Both the position numbers and the translations under genes were made by a program. From Macrostomum lignano (Eukaryota), in the NCBI GenBank assembly GCA_002269645.1, contig NIVC01003630.1, forward strand, positions 1 to 59,409: a stretch of 59,409 nt of DNA. Reading direction: 5' to 3'. The notes under the pieces were generated by a model. The model ran no database searches. It had not been told where the DNA came from and worked only from the letters and a program-made list of their open reading frames with translations. Positions 16,386 through 33,174 of this stretch are shown piece after piece (the stretch's first letter is position 1; the number at the start of each line of letters is the position of its first letter).

Positions 16386-16448
16386 CACCACTAAGATTCG
16401 AACCAAGGTCGCTACATTAGCATTCCAGTCTGTTTGCATCCGGCTATC
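16386..16448 (-). other. tRNA-like/SINE-head remnant inside the Helitron
   Basis: GGTTCGAATC B-box within a segment of tRNA-like length; the cloverleaf does not pair cleanly. Confidence 0.35.
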
Positions 16449-18242
16449 TCTTTTCAATTGAAGAACATGACTTGTGGCCCTTATAATTCAATACTTATAG
16501 CAAGTCGGTTAGAGTAAAAGTTATGACATAATCAATTTCTCAGTCAGCCAGTATCAGTCTCAATTCAAGTTAGCAATATGGTTACGCAATTTCAATGAAG
16601 TCTTGTGTGCGTTTCTGTGGCACTGTTTTCACCTTGTTGTGATGCAATCTTTATCACAATCGTAATTCAGCCAGTCAGTTTTTTCTCTAGCATTCTTACA
16701 ATGCATTTCAAGTCAAAAATTTGGCTTGACCTTTGCAAAAAAGCATGTTTTTCGAATATTTAATCCCTTTAACATTGAGCAATTTCTTAGCCAAGATACA
16801 TGTACCGTCCCAGGAACATTTCTGATCGAATGGTGCAAGTTTGAAGAAAATCGGTTGAGCCATTTTTTCTGAAATCTATCGCATAGCTAGTTAGTTACAG
16901 ACATTTCATTTTTAGTATATAGGATGTCTTCGTAGTCCAAACAGCGGCCGTAGTAACCCACAGTGTGATTGGTCCATTGCTGGCACTTCTCCTGTGTAAT
17001 CACGTGCAGTGCAGCTTCGACCTCTCTCTTCAAAATGTGCATCCGCCAGGCATGCAGAGTCAGGTTCGCAGCAGCAGCAGCTTGCCGATTAGAGAGCTAG
17101 GGGCCTCGGTTCATCTTCGACTGTTTTGCCGGGTTCAGAATGGAAGATATGCGTTGCTGTAGCTGTAGTGGTAGCAAAAGCGAACTGTCAATTGGATGTT
17201 AACTATGGTAGGAACAGTACACTCGGTCTCTAGTCTAGGGGACGAAATGGTTTACAAACTGGATGAACCGTTTTGCGTGAACACAGTTGTCTGTGGTATG
17301 ATCTAAATTAAGCTCCCATTAAGAAAGCATTGGTGGACGAAAGGTTTTGCAGTTTGGACGAATTCAATCGCAAAAAAATATAATTCAGGCGGTCTTGTGC
17401 TACACATTTGAGTTTGAGTAATAGTCTATGGCTACTTATGCTTCTTCATCGGATTAGTAGTTTGTGCGTATCTCTAACTCTACGCAGTTTAATTTCATAA
17501 ATTCGCTGATTGAGCATTCTGGGTAAGTTCTGTGGTGTCAGCCACTTAGGGTTTGGCCATAGACTTAGCAGAAAGCAATTTGGAAATAGCTGCGTTCAAT
17601 TTGGTTTTGCACAAGAACAGCTCCTGCAAGAGAAATGTTGAGACATGGCACAATCAGCTTGGTCGACCTTTGGAGAATCTTTAGATAGCCCAAATAAAAC
17701 GCAGTTTAGACCAAATTGGTTGCTTGCTGGTTATCTGCACATGTCTATGGCAAACTATGCCTTTCAGCTTGGCTTGTTTCCGCTGCGTGTGTCGCTCCAA
17801 ATTGAACGCAAAAACGTATAGTAATCATAAATTTCATCGCGTACTCTTATGTAAGCATATCAAACCTATTCAATGAGTCTTGGAGCTCTTTAAAACCCTT
17901 TTGATAATTCCTAATCTGTTTTAGAGTCATGGGCCAAGTTTGCCTCATTTAGCTCGTAAGCGTAATTAGCGGTAACAAAGAAAGTAGAACATTCAACGTT
18001 TACACGAGCATTTTTGGTGTCCGCTACTTTTTGCATGTATGTATGAAAAAACATTGGTTTCAATACAGTTTGTAATATAGTTTACCAAATACAACTTGAC
18101 TCAAGTTGCGACTACGAGTATAAGCGGGAAAAATGAACAAGTAGATGCAATCCACTGAGTGAACCATACATTCATCTGAATTGGAATGCCGCGTTTTAAA
18201 ACGAAAAAGTTAACCAATCATATTTAGCTCGCTCAGCTGCCT

Positions 18243-22609
<4,367 letters not shown>

Positions 22610-22957
22610 GCTTACAAGTAATCAATTGTTGCGAGAGTCAATCTTTGAAATTCAAACTAATTATGGAAGCATTAATTATGAGGAAAGACGAAATCGCAGT
22701 AATTGCAGCCATAGACACGTACGTATAGCAAAATTACGCGATTTTTTGTAATTCCTGCTTGATTTTGCGGGCAAAACTGCTTAAGAAATGGCCCATTCTC
22801 TGCCCGATATCGGGCTGGGCCATAGACGAAGCTGAAACGATTTTATTTAAAACGTTAAAAGTGCAACATTACAAAGAGGACAACAGTAACGATTTAATAT
22901 AGTCATGTGGTGCAACCCACGCCGTCTTTACAGTACATGGCGTTCAGAGGTACTCAC

Positions 22958-23803
22958 TTATAGGAAAAATAGAACACGGGATCCATTTTTCTCAAGCACT
23001 GCAGTCGGCAGAACTCCATTAAAGTCCCTTTGTTCGCAGTCAGTATCAGATACTTTTGGGTCGCCACGCTCAACGCTAAAATCAGGCGATTGGAGTGGGA
23101 CGTCGCTCGTGACTCGTTTAACGATTGGACCAGGCGGCGAAGAATCCATTGTCAGAGCATCGGACAGTTGACGCTTCTTCCCTGGCGAGATCCGCTTTGT
23201 GTACCTCTGAACCGACTCTGGCCTCTTGTGAACGGTAACACATTGAATGTCGCCAGCAGAAATGCCCTTGTTTGCTAGTGTCGTGACAACCGTAGCACGA
23301 AGACAATGATTGGTGTAGGTCTGTGATAGATTCGCTCTTGTAGAAATCCGAGCCATCATGTCGTTCAGGGTGTTTTTACCGAGCACTTGCGTTGCACTGA
23401 ACCACTGTACCGAGGAGAACTTTAACAGAGGTCTTGGAAACAAATCACTCACACTAGGGGGCAACAAGCTGATATACTTGCGCACGGCAGCAACAGGACA
23501 AGTTAATGGGTTATTAGTGGCGTACATCTTAATCTGCTTTCCTGTACATGGGTCAGCAGCGTTGGTTGTCTTCTCTTTACCAGCCAATACCAAATCAATA
23601 CACTCAGTCCCAGCCTCCTCGGAGAAGACAATAGCGTCCTTCGTCAGTTGGCGAAGCCACTCACGCCCTCTGAAGCCAAAATGCGTACACAGCTTGTAGA
23701 AAACCTCGTCCTGTAGTTTTACCGGTCGAACTCTGGGACGAACGTATGGTAGTACGCGTTGTTTTATTCTAATGATGAGGACGCACTTTTTCCCAAATCC
23801 CAC
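22958..23803 (-). mobile_element. Crypton/DUF3504-type tyrosine recombinase catalytic domain, copy B (open 281-codon frame, no ATG at its 5' end)
   Basis: R (FGFRGRE), H-x-x-R (NHCLRAT), H (TVHK; usually TGH) and Y (VQRY) occur in tyrosine-recombinase order; the LTCPVAAVRKYISLLP...LF motif is also present. Confidence 0.85.
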
Positions 23804-24284
23804 GCTAGCACATGGGCTCTAAACTTACTAGCCTACTGACAGCAGGCTAATGGCATTTTTATTCTTTTTCTGCGAATTGTCCTAGAATCTATACTAGATA
23901 TAATGTCTGGTCATACTAGTAGTCATAATAACATAGGCGCAGCTTTTTGGGTCGTAAATCATCGCTTTCAAAGTTTGTCTGACAGCCACCTGCGCCTCAC
24001 TCAGTGTTGAGGCTGGCGCCAGATGGTCTGGGAGGATGCTGGCGGTAGCTTTTTTCTCATCATTTTGACAGGCCATCAAGATTTATGAGGTCAGAGCCTA
24101 TTGTTCGTGTTCACTCAAGCGTATGACAGCTTTGACAGCTATGCGTCTTACCCCTAAAAGTACCTTGGGATTAGCGATTAGTGATTTCTCTTCATTATCT
24201 TCACTTTCTATTTAATAAGAGCTTTCTAATGTATATTTTTTCATTAATTTCTGTCAATCCTACGCGAAAGGTCATAAATCATTT

Positions 24285-25060
24285 TGTTGCGATTTTGATT
24301 GATTTATGGCCGCACCTGTCATCTTTTTACGACCCTGTGGGAACTGATAGGATCTCCCGGTCACGTGATTCTGGGTAGCAACAAGCTTTATAGCCAATCA
24401 GAAAATTCGGCGCTCATTTTAACAAAACGGCTCAGCCAATCAGAATCGACGTGTTCCATTATAACAAACTGTGGTCCAGTTGGCGGCTATTTAAACCGGA
24501 TTTTTTGCCCGCTCGGAATCCAACCTCCTGGGACCTTAGCCTAGCTTGATACATCCCGGAGCGCGACCGTCGTTTCTTGATCCCCGGATTGCGACTTCCC
24601 CCCTCATCATCAAGGACGAGTCCCCGGTCATCAGCAGCGAACATCAAAGTTAAGACCATCACCTGCTAGCTATCTGCGAAGACTGTGACAGCATAATTCC
24701 GAGTCTTCAGCTGCGAAGCATCAAGCCGATTCGGTCACTGTGGATTACCTGGTCTCCGGCTGTTGAGTTTCAGATTGGTTGGGTGAGAGGCTACCTAGAC
24801 TTGCTTGATTGGGTGATCCCTTATCTGTCCCCTATTTTAGTAGCTGAATTAGGCGCACACTTTTGCTCTTTTTGTTCAGTAGTGCTGTTGCTGAGGCAGA
24901 AGTCATTCAATAATACTGCTAGTAGTCTAAGACTCCAATTCAATCTGAAGTGTGAAGTGATCTGAGGAGAAGGTTAAATCTAACAGTTATTTTTATCGGT
25001 TTTATTTCTTTGTTCGCCGATGGCTCAGATGAGTAGCTAAGCTAGTAGGCGCCGGTCACA
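24285..25060 (+). mobile_element. Possible LTR (TGT...ACA, 776 bp) with two CCAATCAG boxes and a TATTTAAA box
   Basis: Starts TGTTGC, ends GTCACA and is followed by GTGG. There is no second LTR, TSD or recognisable gag in the window. Confidence 0.35.
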
Positions 25061-25960
25061 GTGGACCAATGGCAAGGCAGTTCTCAGTCGACCAATCTAT
25101 CAAATCAGTGAGCAAAACTGCCAGAAGTGCAGAATCGGCGCCAGAGATGTACTTTGTGCACCCTAGGGTAGCCAAGCGGCTCGGGTAATGAATCATGCGA
25201 GGTCTCTGAAGTTCGAGTTAGCCTATCATCAGCGCTAGGAGAGGCTAGTTGGCGCGTTGAAGGCCAAAAGTACATATCTTCGTATTTAGCAATGTAATAG
25301 TACGAGCTACATGTAGCTACCCCATAGACTCGCCACTGCAAGAATCCCCTGCAAAAGTCCCCTCTGTACCTGCATGGCCAATGCGATCTAGTCCCAGCAG
25401 TGTCCCTTATCATCGGCTATGACTTCGAGATTGACAGCAAAAAGACACTAGTTGGCAGGTAAGTGCAAAGCCCCTTCTAGTCGGAAGCCCGATTTCGAGA
25501 GTTCCGGTGTGGTGAGCCAGGACGTACGGGCTGGTGGCAGCGAGTTAGCTAATCTGCGGATTAACTAATTTCTACCTTCAAATTCTCCCTGCTCGTCTCT
25601 CGCTGTCCCTCTCTTATCTATAGGACCTAGACTGCTCGCCACACGATCAAGCTACCATGGGGCTGACCATCTGACAGAACTGCAGGGGGCCAGGTCTCTA
25701 ATTGATTTATTTCTGAGACCTGAGGCCCGAAGGCTTCCCCACAAGGGGGCCGGAAGGTTGAAACCCATCACTAAGGTGCAGCTGCTATAAAATAAATTTG
25801 CTATGAATACTTTTTATATTGTTTTTGTTTTATTAGCTCGTATTAGGGGGTTGTAGCCTGGTGGTTAGAGTGGTTATAGAGATTATTATTATTTCTTTAA
25901 TTTAGCAATTTAGTTTATTTTTATAATTTATAAATTAGTTTTATTTCCTGCTGTTATACG

Positions 25961-26240
25961 AGGTACTACAGTGGTCCTTGATGAGTGTCGGATTCACTAC
26001 TCAAAGGTCGGGGTTCGATGCTCGACTCACTCGAAAAAAATTGGGTCATTGAGCAAGGCACACTAGCTCTGCATTGCTTTATGTGCCAATAATTGCGAGG
26101 GTGTGATGTGGCGACCCCTCCCCCCCTATAGCAGTCTACTGACTGAACAGCCCTACGCAGCTGCCTTCAGAGATGCGCCGCGCAATAGCTGCGGCTGAGC
26201 TGTCGGTTGCACATTGGCCCCATTGCACGTAGTAGGGCAG
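25961..26240 (+). mobile_element. tRNA-derived SINE, CORE-like
   Basis: Degenerate A box (TACAGTGGT), B box GGTTCGATG at about 26012, then GTCATTGAGCAAGGCAC resembling the CORE-SINE GTGTCCTTGRGCAAG.CAC motif. 3' end approximate. Confidence 0.55.
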
Positions 26241-27829
26241 GTATGAAGTAAGCAATTATTGTTATTAATTTTTATAACATTAAAATCGTACCTGAATTAA
26301 TATTATACATGTACACATATATGCAGCTTCGGTGTAATTGATGGTTTTATTTTAATTACTTTTTTCTGTTTGTAATGGGCGTCGAGCGTAATGGTGAGAG
26401 ATAAAAATATTATATACGACAGGTAAATTTAGAAGTTACTCATTTTTTAGTTCTTTATTATATAAATGCAGTACACGTCATGCATTATACAAGGCCTGCT
26501 GGCTTTTTTATTAGACATATTATAGACACAGGTTTACGTCATTATACCGGTGAAGAGCTAAGCTATTTTTGGTTCGCTAGAACCGGCCAATGAATTGCCA
26601 TGAGGTAGGTTTAGATCTTCACAAAGAAATATAAAATTATGCTAAATTAAATTGGCATATTACAATTATCAAAACCCTTTAGCAAGTATGTCATCTCATT
26701 TCTATGTTAAAACCAGCCACCGGGACCCCAAAAATCATTCCCCAGAAAACCGCACTCTTTTGCCAAATATTTATTTGTTTTGTGCTAGAAATCATGCAAT
26801 GTCCGATACTTGTAACTGGAACAAAATAGGTATGTAATTCTCCCAGCAGCTGGCGCGCTTTCCGAATCACCTTCGATTTCGATGAAAAATCAGCAACTAA
26901 GAATTGAACTGAGTCGAAAAAGGCTGGGCAATAAGAACAAAAATATAATCCGGCCGCGAGAAACTCTCGATCGGTAGAAAGATTGGTGGTGAAAACTCGG
27001 TCGCAAAATCTCTGTAACCGTGGGAAAAGTTCGACGAAGTGAACTAAGCTAGAAGAAATCTCGCGTGGTCTAACTCTCGTGGGAGAGAACTTCCCGTTAC
27101 GAAACCTCAATTAACCAATTTTGACCGTTTACAGACTAGTAGACTACGTTGTTAAAGCTTAAGGCATTTTGTGTGCGAGCACACCGCGAGCACGACTGTA
27201 AACGATTGTTTCTTGTAAAGTGAAGGCGATCGTTTCAAATATTAAAATACACCGTAATATAAATATTGAATATTGAAAGAACATTAATAATGTTTTCACT
27301 TTACTTTAGGCTGGAGGCCTAGGGCTAGTAGGCCTACTATCTATATAAAAACTAAGTCTATATAATTTTATTGATGAATATTCGTTGGCGTTGATTTTGG
27401 CATTCGAAGAGTTAGGCCTAAGAATTAGAAACCAAACTAAAGCCATGGGCATAACCTAAACAGCTTACAGCATTCTACTTTTTTATTTTGTTCTATGCCT
27501 AGTCTAACTATACTCGATTACTCGAACTAGCTAGTCTATCTAAGGATAGAAATGTTATTAAAAACTTCAAGCTTTTTGATGGATACCCATTTTTTTGTTA
27601 AACTATAGGGGCCTAGTGGCTTAACTGAGCTGGTTTTAGATCTACATCTACGCAGGGCCAGGCTTATAAATCGTAAATTACAAGTTCCCTAGGCTTGTTT
27701 TTTAGGCATAGAGTCTAGCCTAGGCCTAGGGCCTAATTCTCATGGTCTAGGCCTGAATACCAATAGACCTAGGCCTAGCCCTAGCCTAGCCCAAGGCCAT
27801 GCCCATAGGAAAAACTGGGAAGGTGACAG

Positions 27830-29110
27830 GGATCCATAGTCAGGACCACATTCTGGATCATGTAGTATATGCCCAAAATTTTGGGCATGCATTGGCCTTG
27901 CATGCCAAAATTAGGCATGCACAGTTGGCATATATCACTTTTGAAAAAATAGTAGGCCTATGCATGCATACTTGCTTGGCATGCACTTGATAGAATCACG
28001 CCTTAGAGTTATTGTGAAGTAGAAAAAATGAAAAAAGGTATTTTTTAGCAAAAACTTTCCAGTTTTTTAGCTTGCAAAAAGCATTTAAACAAATCTTTAT
28101 GTGTATCAAATTTCTGCTATAAAAAGTATATTGGCAAAAAACGTATAAAAATCAACAAAATTATCTGCTAATAAGGGTCTATTAGGCAATTGAAAAAGGG
28201 TCATTCATTGTCACAATGTAAAAAAGGTAATTTATTGTTGCAACACCAATGTATTTTTGGGAATGGGCATGTACTAAATTTTTTTTGGCATGCATTTGTA
28301 ATTATTCTTATTTTGTTCAGGCGTGTACCCAGCATGATCCAGACTATGGAGTCCATACTCTAGATCAGTATATGCCCAAAAATTTGGGTATGCACAATTG
28401 GCATGCATCATTCCTAGGAAAAAAGTATGCATGCACACCTGGCGTGCAATTTATAGAATCATGCATAAAAGTTATTGGGAAGTAAAAGAAAACTGAAAAA
28501 GTTAAATTTCAAGCATAAATTTCAAACTTTCCAGTTTTTTCAAGCTCATAAATAAGTATTTTCATAAATCTTTGCATTTAATTAATTATTTGCTATGAAT
28601 AATAATGCCAAAAAGCATAAAAATCAACTAAATTATCTGTTAGTAGGGGTCTAATCATACATGCGCAACTGCTAGCCAACCTGGCCAATCTGGCCACTGT
28701 AAATTGTGGTGGACCAGGGGTAAGTCGCAAAAATGCCCAGCCCAAAGAATGCAGACATAGTACTAATTAGATGACGAGGCATTTAGCCCTTATAAGACAA
28801 TCATAGTTACTCCTGCTGTTTATTCAAAATTGCATTAAGGTTTCTTTTACAAGTAAGTTGCATTTTTGGTCAAAACGTAAGTCGCATGGCCAGTATAAAT
28901 CAGGGGGGTTGCGCATGTATAGGTCGATTACACAATTGAAGATCATTTATTGTCAGAACATAAAAAGGTCATTTATTGTCACAATACCACCATATTTTTT
29001 ACTAATGGCATACACTAAATTTTTTTCTGTATGCATTTGTAATTATTCAATTTTTGTTTGGGTGTGCCCTTAGCATGATCCGGACATGGTATGGAGTCAG
29101 GATCATGGCA
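27830..29110. repeat. Degenerate tandem repeat of about 500 bp (about 2.3 units)
   Basis: Blocks such as AGTATATGCCCAAAA, AAACTTTCCAGTTTTTT, TAAAAATCAAC.AAATTATCTG and GCATTTGTAATTATTC recur in the same order. Confidence 0.8.
28660..28917. mobile_element. 258-bp MITE with 10-bp TIRs (CATGCGCAAC) flanked by TA
   Basis: TA|CATGCGCAAC...GTTGCGCATG|TA; it interrupts one unit of the 500-bp repeat. Confidence 0.7.
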
Positions 29111-29754
29111 CACCTGCTTTGGAACAAATTCTATCAAAAAGTTTTATTGTGCTATATACCAAAACAAATCCTATCAAAAAGTTTGATTGCACTATGTGTA
29201 AGAACAAATCCTATCAAAAAAGTGCTTGCACCAGATTATTCCTATCATAATAAAAAAATTCTGCTTATGCTGTCTGCTAAACTTTAAAAAAAAACAAAAA
29301 TATATATTTTCCATTTGCAAAATATTGGTAAAACTTTTATTTGAATGTTTCATAGAAAATGCAGTAATAGGCAGTATTTAAATTTGTAAGTAAGCAAACA
29401 AGTTGGTTTCCTCTGCGTTGCTCTGCGCCTATGTATACTAGGAGGTCACATTTTAAAGAATTTTTTACAACTTAAAATGTTTTGTATATTATAACAAAAA
29501 CTATTAAATTTGTATTAATTTGAAAGCAATATTGTCATTAGCAATATTGCTTTCAATGTCGTTAATTGCACAAGCAAAGCCAAGGCAAGATTCCAATTTA
29601 GCCCAATTTGGAATCGGGCCTGGGCCGCTACCCCTAGACCACTAGGCTATGGGGCTACAGCCCCCTTCCATAGCCATAGTCATCACTATGGTAGGACAAA
29701 TAAAAAACCTAGCAGACACACAAACTCTGATTACCACTCGAATTCCAGACAAGT

Positions 29755-30366
29755 ATGTCAAATCTGCCAACGCTAAGCCAGCCCAGAAAGTCTATTGGAC
29801 TCCCCACTATTTCATCTACTGTTGATCGCAGTGGTGCTAGCAGTAATCGCCAGCAAAGAGGCAAAACTGCCGGCTACATATCGGCAGTTATAGAGCAGCC
29901 GCCTCAGTCTAGCAGTCCGCCGCCGTTGCCGCCTAAACGGCTCTGCCAATCGTTGTCATTGCACACTGATTTATTGCGACCAGTGCCCGTTCGACCTGGC
30001 GCTCTGGCCAACGATTTGGAATCTTTGCTCCGTTTGAAGCAGTCCGACTATTCTGACGAGAATCAGTCATCGTCTGAGTCGTCTGTTCGACAGTCGTCCG
30101 AGTCGAATAGGAAGCGTCGGGTTGTTCTGTGCAGCAAATCTCGCAGCTTCTTAGTTGGACTGCCCGATGTGGCTAACGCTGTTGAAACTCCGGTTGCCGT
30201 TACTAAAGACAGCGACAGCATTCTCGATAATAGCAACGCCAACCAGCTGGGCTGCTGCGATGCAGACGAGGGCGATGAGGAAGCTTATGAATCCGACGTT
30301 TGTAGCGATTTTATTGCGGAAGCTTCCGAACTGTTAGATTTGGAACTTATAGAACGGGACTTGTGA
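29755..30366 (+). CDS. 203-codon ORF, probable terminal exon of an unidentified, largely disordered protein
   Basis: GC-rich open frame in an AT-rich background, AG acceptor (TTCCAG) at about 29747, Pro/Ser-rich middle and acidic C-terminus. No domain recognised. Confidence 0.5.
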   Translation: MSNLPTLSQPRKSIGLPTISSTVDRSGASSNRQQRGKTAGYISAVIEQPPQSSSPPPLPPKRLCQSLSLHTDLLRPVPVRPGALANDLESLLRLKQSDYSDENQSSSESSVRQSSESNRKRRVVLCSKSRSFLVGLPDVANAVETPVAVTKDSDSILDNSNANQLGCCDADEGDEEAYESDVCSDFIAEASELLDLELIERDL

Positions 30367-30479
30367 TTTGCTGTAGAATTTTTTTAAAGCTAGTTGATAA
30401 ACCTCTGCGGCACTTTGCACTGATAATAAGTGATGAAAGACTTCTATTTTGTATCTGATCTGTCTGTCTGTGTTAATCT

Positions 30480-31055
30480 GTGCTGTTGTCTGTTGGTCTG
30501 CGCTGTTAGTCTGTTGGTCTGCGCTGTTAGTCTGTTGGTCTGTGCTGTTGTCTGTTGGTCTGTGCTGTTAGTCTGTTGGTCTGCGCTGTTAGTCTGTTGG
30601 TCTGTGCTGTTAGTCTGTTGGTCTGTGCTGTTAGTCTGTTGGTCTGTGCTGTTAGTCTGTTGGTCTGTGCTGTTAGTCTCTTGGTCTGTGCTGTTGTCTG
30701 TTGGTCTGTGCTGTTAGTCTGTGCTGTTGTCTGTTGGTCTGTTCTGTTAGTCTGTGCTGTTGTCTGTTGGTCTGTTCTGTTAGTCTGTGCTGTTGTCTGT
30801 TGGTCTGTTCTGTTAGTCTGTGCTGTTGTCTGTTGGTCTGTTCTGTTAGTCTGTGCTGTTGTCTGTTGGTCTGTTCTGTTAGTCTGTGCTGTTGTCTGTT
30901 GGTCTGTTCTGTTAGTCTGTGCTGTTGTCTGTTGGTCTGTTCTGTTAGTCTGTTGGTCTGCGCTGTTAGTCTGTTGATCTGTTCTGTTGGTCTGTGCTGT
31001 TGTCTGTTGGTCTGTGCTGTTAGTCTGTTGGTCTGTGCTGTTGTCTGTTGGTCTG
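30480..31055. repeat. 21-bp-based TCTGTTGGTCTGTGCTGTTAG array
   Basis: Directly visible. Confidence 0.93.
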
Positions 31056-32019
31056 TTTGCTAGCTGGTGTCTGTCTGTATTGGGTTCTGTATCTCAGTCT
31101 TTTGGGGTCTGTCCGAACGTGTTAGTTTCTTTCTGTCAGCCTGTTTCTGTTCCCCATCTGAAACAGATGAAGTTAATAGCATTTTTAATGTGTTTTTGCC
31201 ATACAGCTATGCTAATAAATGCATGCCTATTTAGACAATCTTATTCGCATGTACGCAGTTTAGGTAAACTATGCACTGTTGACTGTTGTACTTAATTGGC
31301 CCATTGGTTAGTTAGCCTGTATCGACAAGCAAGCATTTTTTCTATGCCATTATTGTATCATGCTGCTTATTTTTTGTTTTCATTTTATTTAATCTGTAAT
31401 ATAACCAGTTTAATCCACGTAAAAATCCTATATTTTATGCTATTGCTACTACTAAGTGCTATGTAATAAAAGACGTTTCATATTCTATTAGTTTACTGTT
31501 AGTAGTATAAATCAGGAGTGTGTATTTCTCTATATTTTAATAAGTTAGAGAAACTTAACAAAACTGTTAGTTTCCCTTACTTCGTTAGCATTTCATTTAT
31601 GCGGTTGGAAAATTTATTTTGCTATTAGTATTTCTATTTGTTAGTAGTCTACATTGAGACTGCATTAGCGCGAGTTTCAACCAATGTGCAATAACTATAA
31701 AGTCTTCTGTTATATTCGTGTTTCAGTTATTTTTGTATAACTAGACAAAAGCGCAATAGTAAATCTTGCGCAGGTTTTTATCTTTACCCGGGTGCTTTGC
31801 AGCTGTTTTCCAAACAGGTTTAACCTTGATGCTAAAACATCTAGTTTATTTTTCATGCTAAATGCAAAGTAGCTCATGCTTCATATATATATTCATATTT
31901 TAATAATTGAGATGTCATATTTTTTGCTTTTATTATCGGCAATTTCTGTGCGTGTTTTGGCTCTGATTGGTTTAAATCACCTGTTCGTTTAGTTTAGTCC
32001 ATATTTGCATAAACCACTA

Positions 32020-32555
32020 ATGCATGGACCCCAAAGCTATTGGAGTGACAAGAGAGGAAATGCATGGACCCCAAAGCTATTGGAGTGACAAGAGAGGAAA
32101 TGCATGGACCCCAAAGCTATTGGAGTGACAAGAGAGGAAATGCATGGAACCCAAAGCTACTGAAGTGACAAGAAGGGAAATGGACCCCAAAGCCAAGAGA
32201 GGGAATGGACCCCAAAGCCAAGAGAGGGAATGGACCCCAAAGCCAAGAGAGGGAATGGACCCCAAAGCCAAGAGAGGGAATGGACCCCAAAGCCAAGAGA
32301 GGGAATGGACCCCAAAGCCAAGAGAGGGAATGGACCCCAAAGCCAAGAGAGGGAATGGACCCCAAAGCCAAGAGAGGGAATGGACCCCAAAGCCAAGAGA
32401 GGGAATGGACCCCAAAGCCAAGAGAGGGAATGGACCCCAAAGCCAAGAGAGGGAATAGACCCCAAAGCCAAGAGAGGGAATGGACCCCAAAGCCAAGAGA
32501 GGGAATGGACCACAAAGCTACTGAAGTGACAAAGAGGGAATGGACCCCAAAACTA
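32020..32555. repeat. 25-bp array (GGGAATGGACCCCAAAGCCAAGAGA) with longer related units at its edges
   Basis: Directly visible. Confidence 0.95.
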
Positions 32556-33174
32556 TGATGAGGTCCTTTCAATACAATAGAATGGCTATCTAAGCGATGC
32601 ACATTTTCTGAAAATACTTATTTCAATCTGCAAGAAGTCTTGCCGCATACTTCTAGTTTCACCATTTGTGTCAACCAGTTGTCAGAGAACCGACATTTAT
32701 TTATTTTAACGTTCAATTTGGCTTTCTAAGAAATCGAATTTCAATCATATTTTTTCGATTGTAAATATTTTATCTATTGATATACCTGTTTACGTCGTAT
32801 AGGTGTAATAAAGTATGTAAATAGTGTAAATTGTCCTTTCGTTAACTTTCTCTATAATCTACTGTACCCAGTGACCTATCTTGTTTAACTTCCAATCATA
32901 GCAAATGCAAGTGCTTGGTTCTCTATTATCTTCATTCTCTCTTTACTTCCGGCTTTTGTTAAATACTTGACAGTTATTAATTAATTCTTTAAATATACCG
33001 CCAACTTGATTTTAGGATATGCTTAGTGCTTGTCACAAACATGACTTTTTCTGTTAAATTTAGTTCTTGGTATATTTAACAAATTAATTCTCTTAACGTT
33101 TTTTGGTTTGACATTTTTCTTCTTATTCAAACAAAACTAAATTTACTGGGACCATTAAAGGACGTACTAACAGC

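Larger units (their letters stand above)
13382..16924 (-). mobile_element. Non-autonomous Helitron, 3,543 bp
   Basis: On the minus strand it starts 5'-TCCTATATACT and ends with a GC hairpin (CCCCC-ATC-GGGGG) about 10 nt before CTAG-3'. It sits between A and T with no TSD; the empty site GACA|TTTTGAAC is present in unit 1 at 5667/5668. No RepHel ORF. Confidence 0.92.
13136..17377. mobile_element. Second copy of the 137-bp-TIR element, split by the Helitron
   Basis: Left arm 13136-13272 and right arm 17241-17377 match the arms in unit 1. Confidence 0.75.

Noticed and set aside
25105-25413. Integrase zinc-binding-like words (GHAG, YFWP) on the minus strand
   Set aside because: They lie in different frames with the wrong spacing and no C-x-x-C.
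25975-26040. Hammerhead-ribozyme-like TGATGA...GAAA
   Set aside because: C3 is missing and stem II does not pair in the required register; the segment is better explained as a SINE head.
26652-27110. ORFs 26652-26837 (+) and 26691-27110 (-)
   Set aside because: No recognisable motifs and no phase-compatible partner exon.
29522-29553. 13-bp-arm palindrome GAAAGCAATATTG...CAATATTGCTTTC
   Set aside because: Isolated and AT-rich, with no associated feature.
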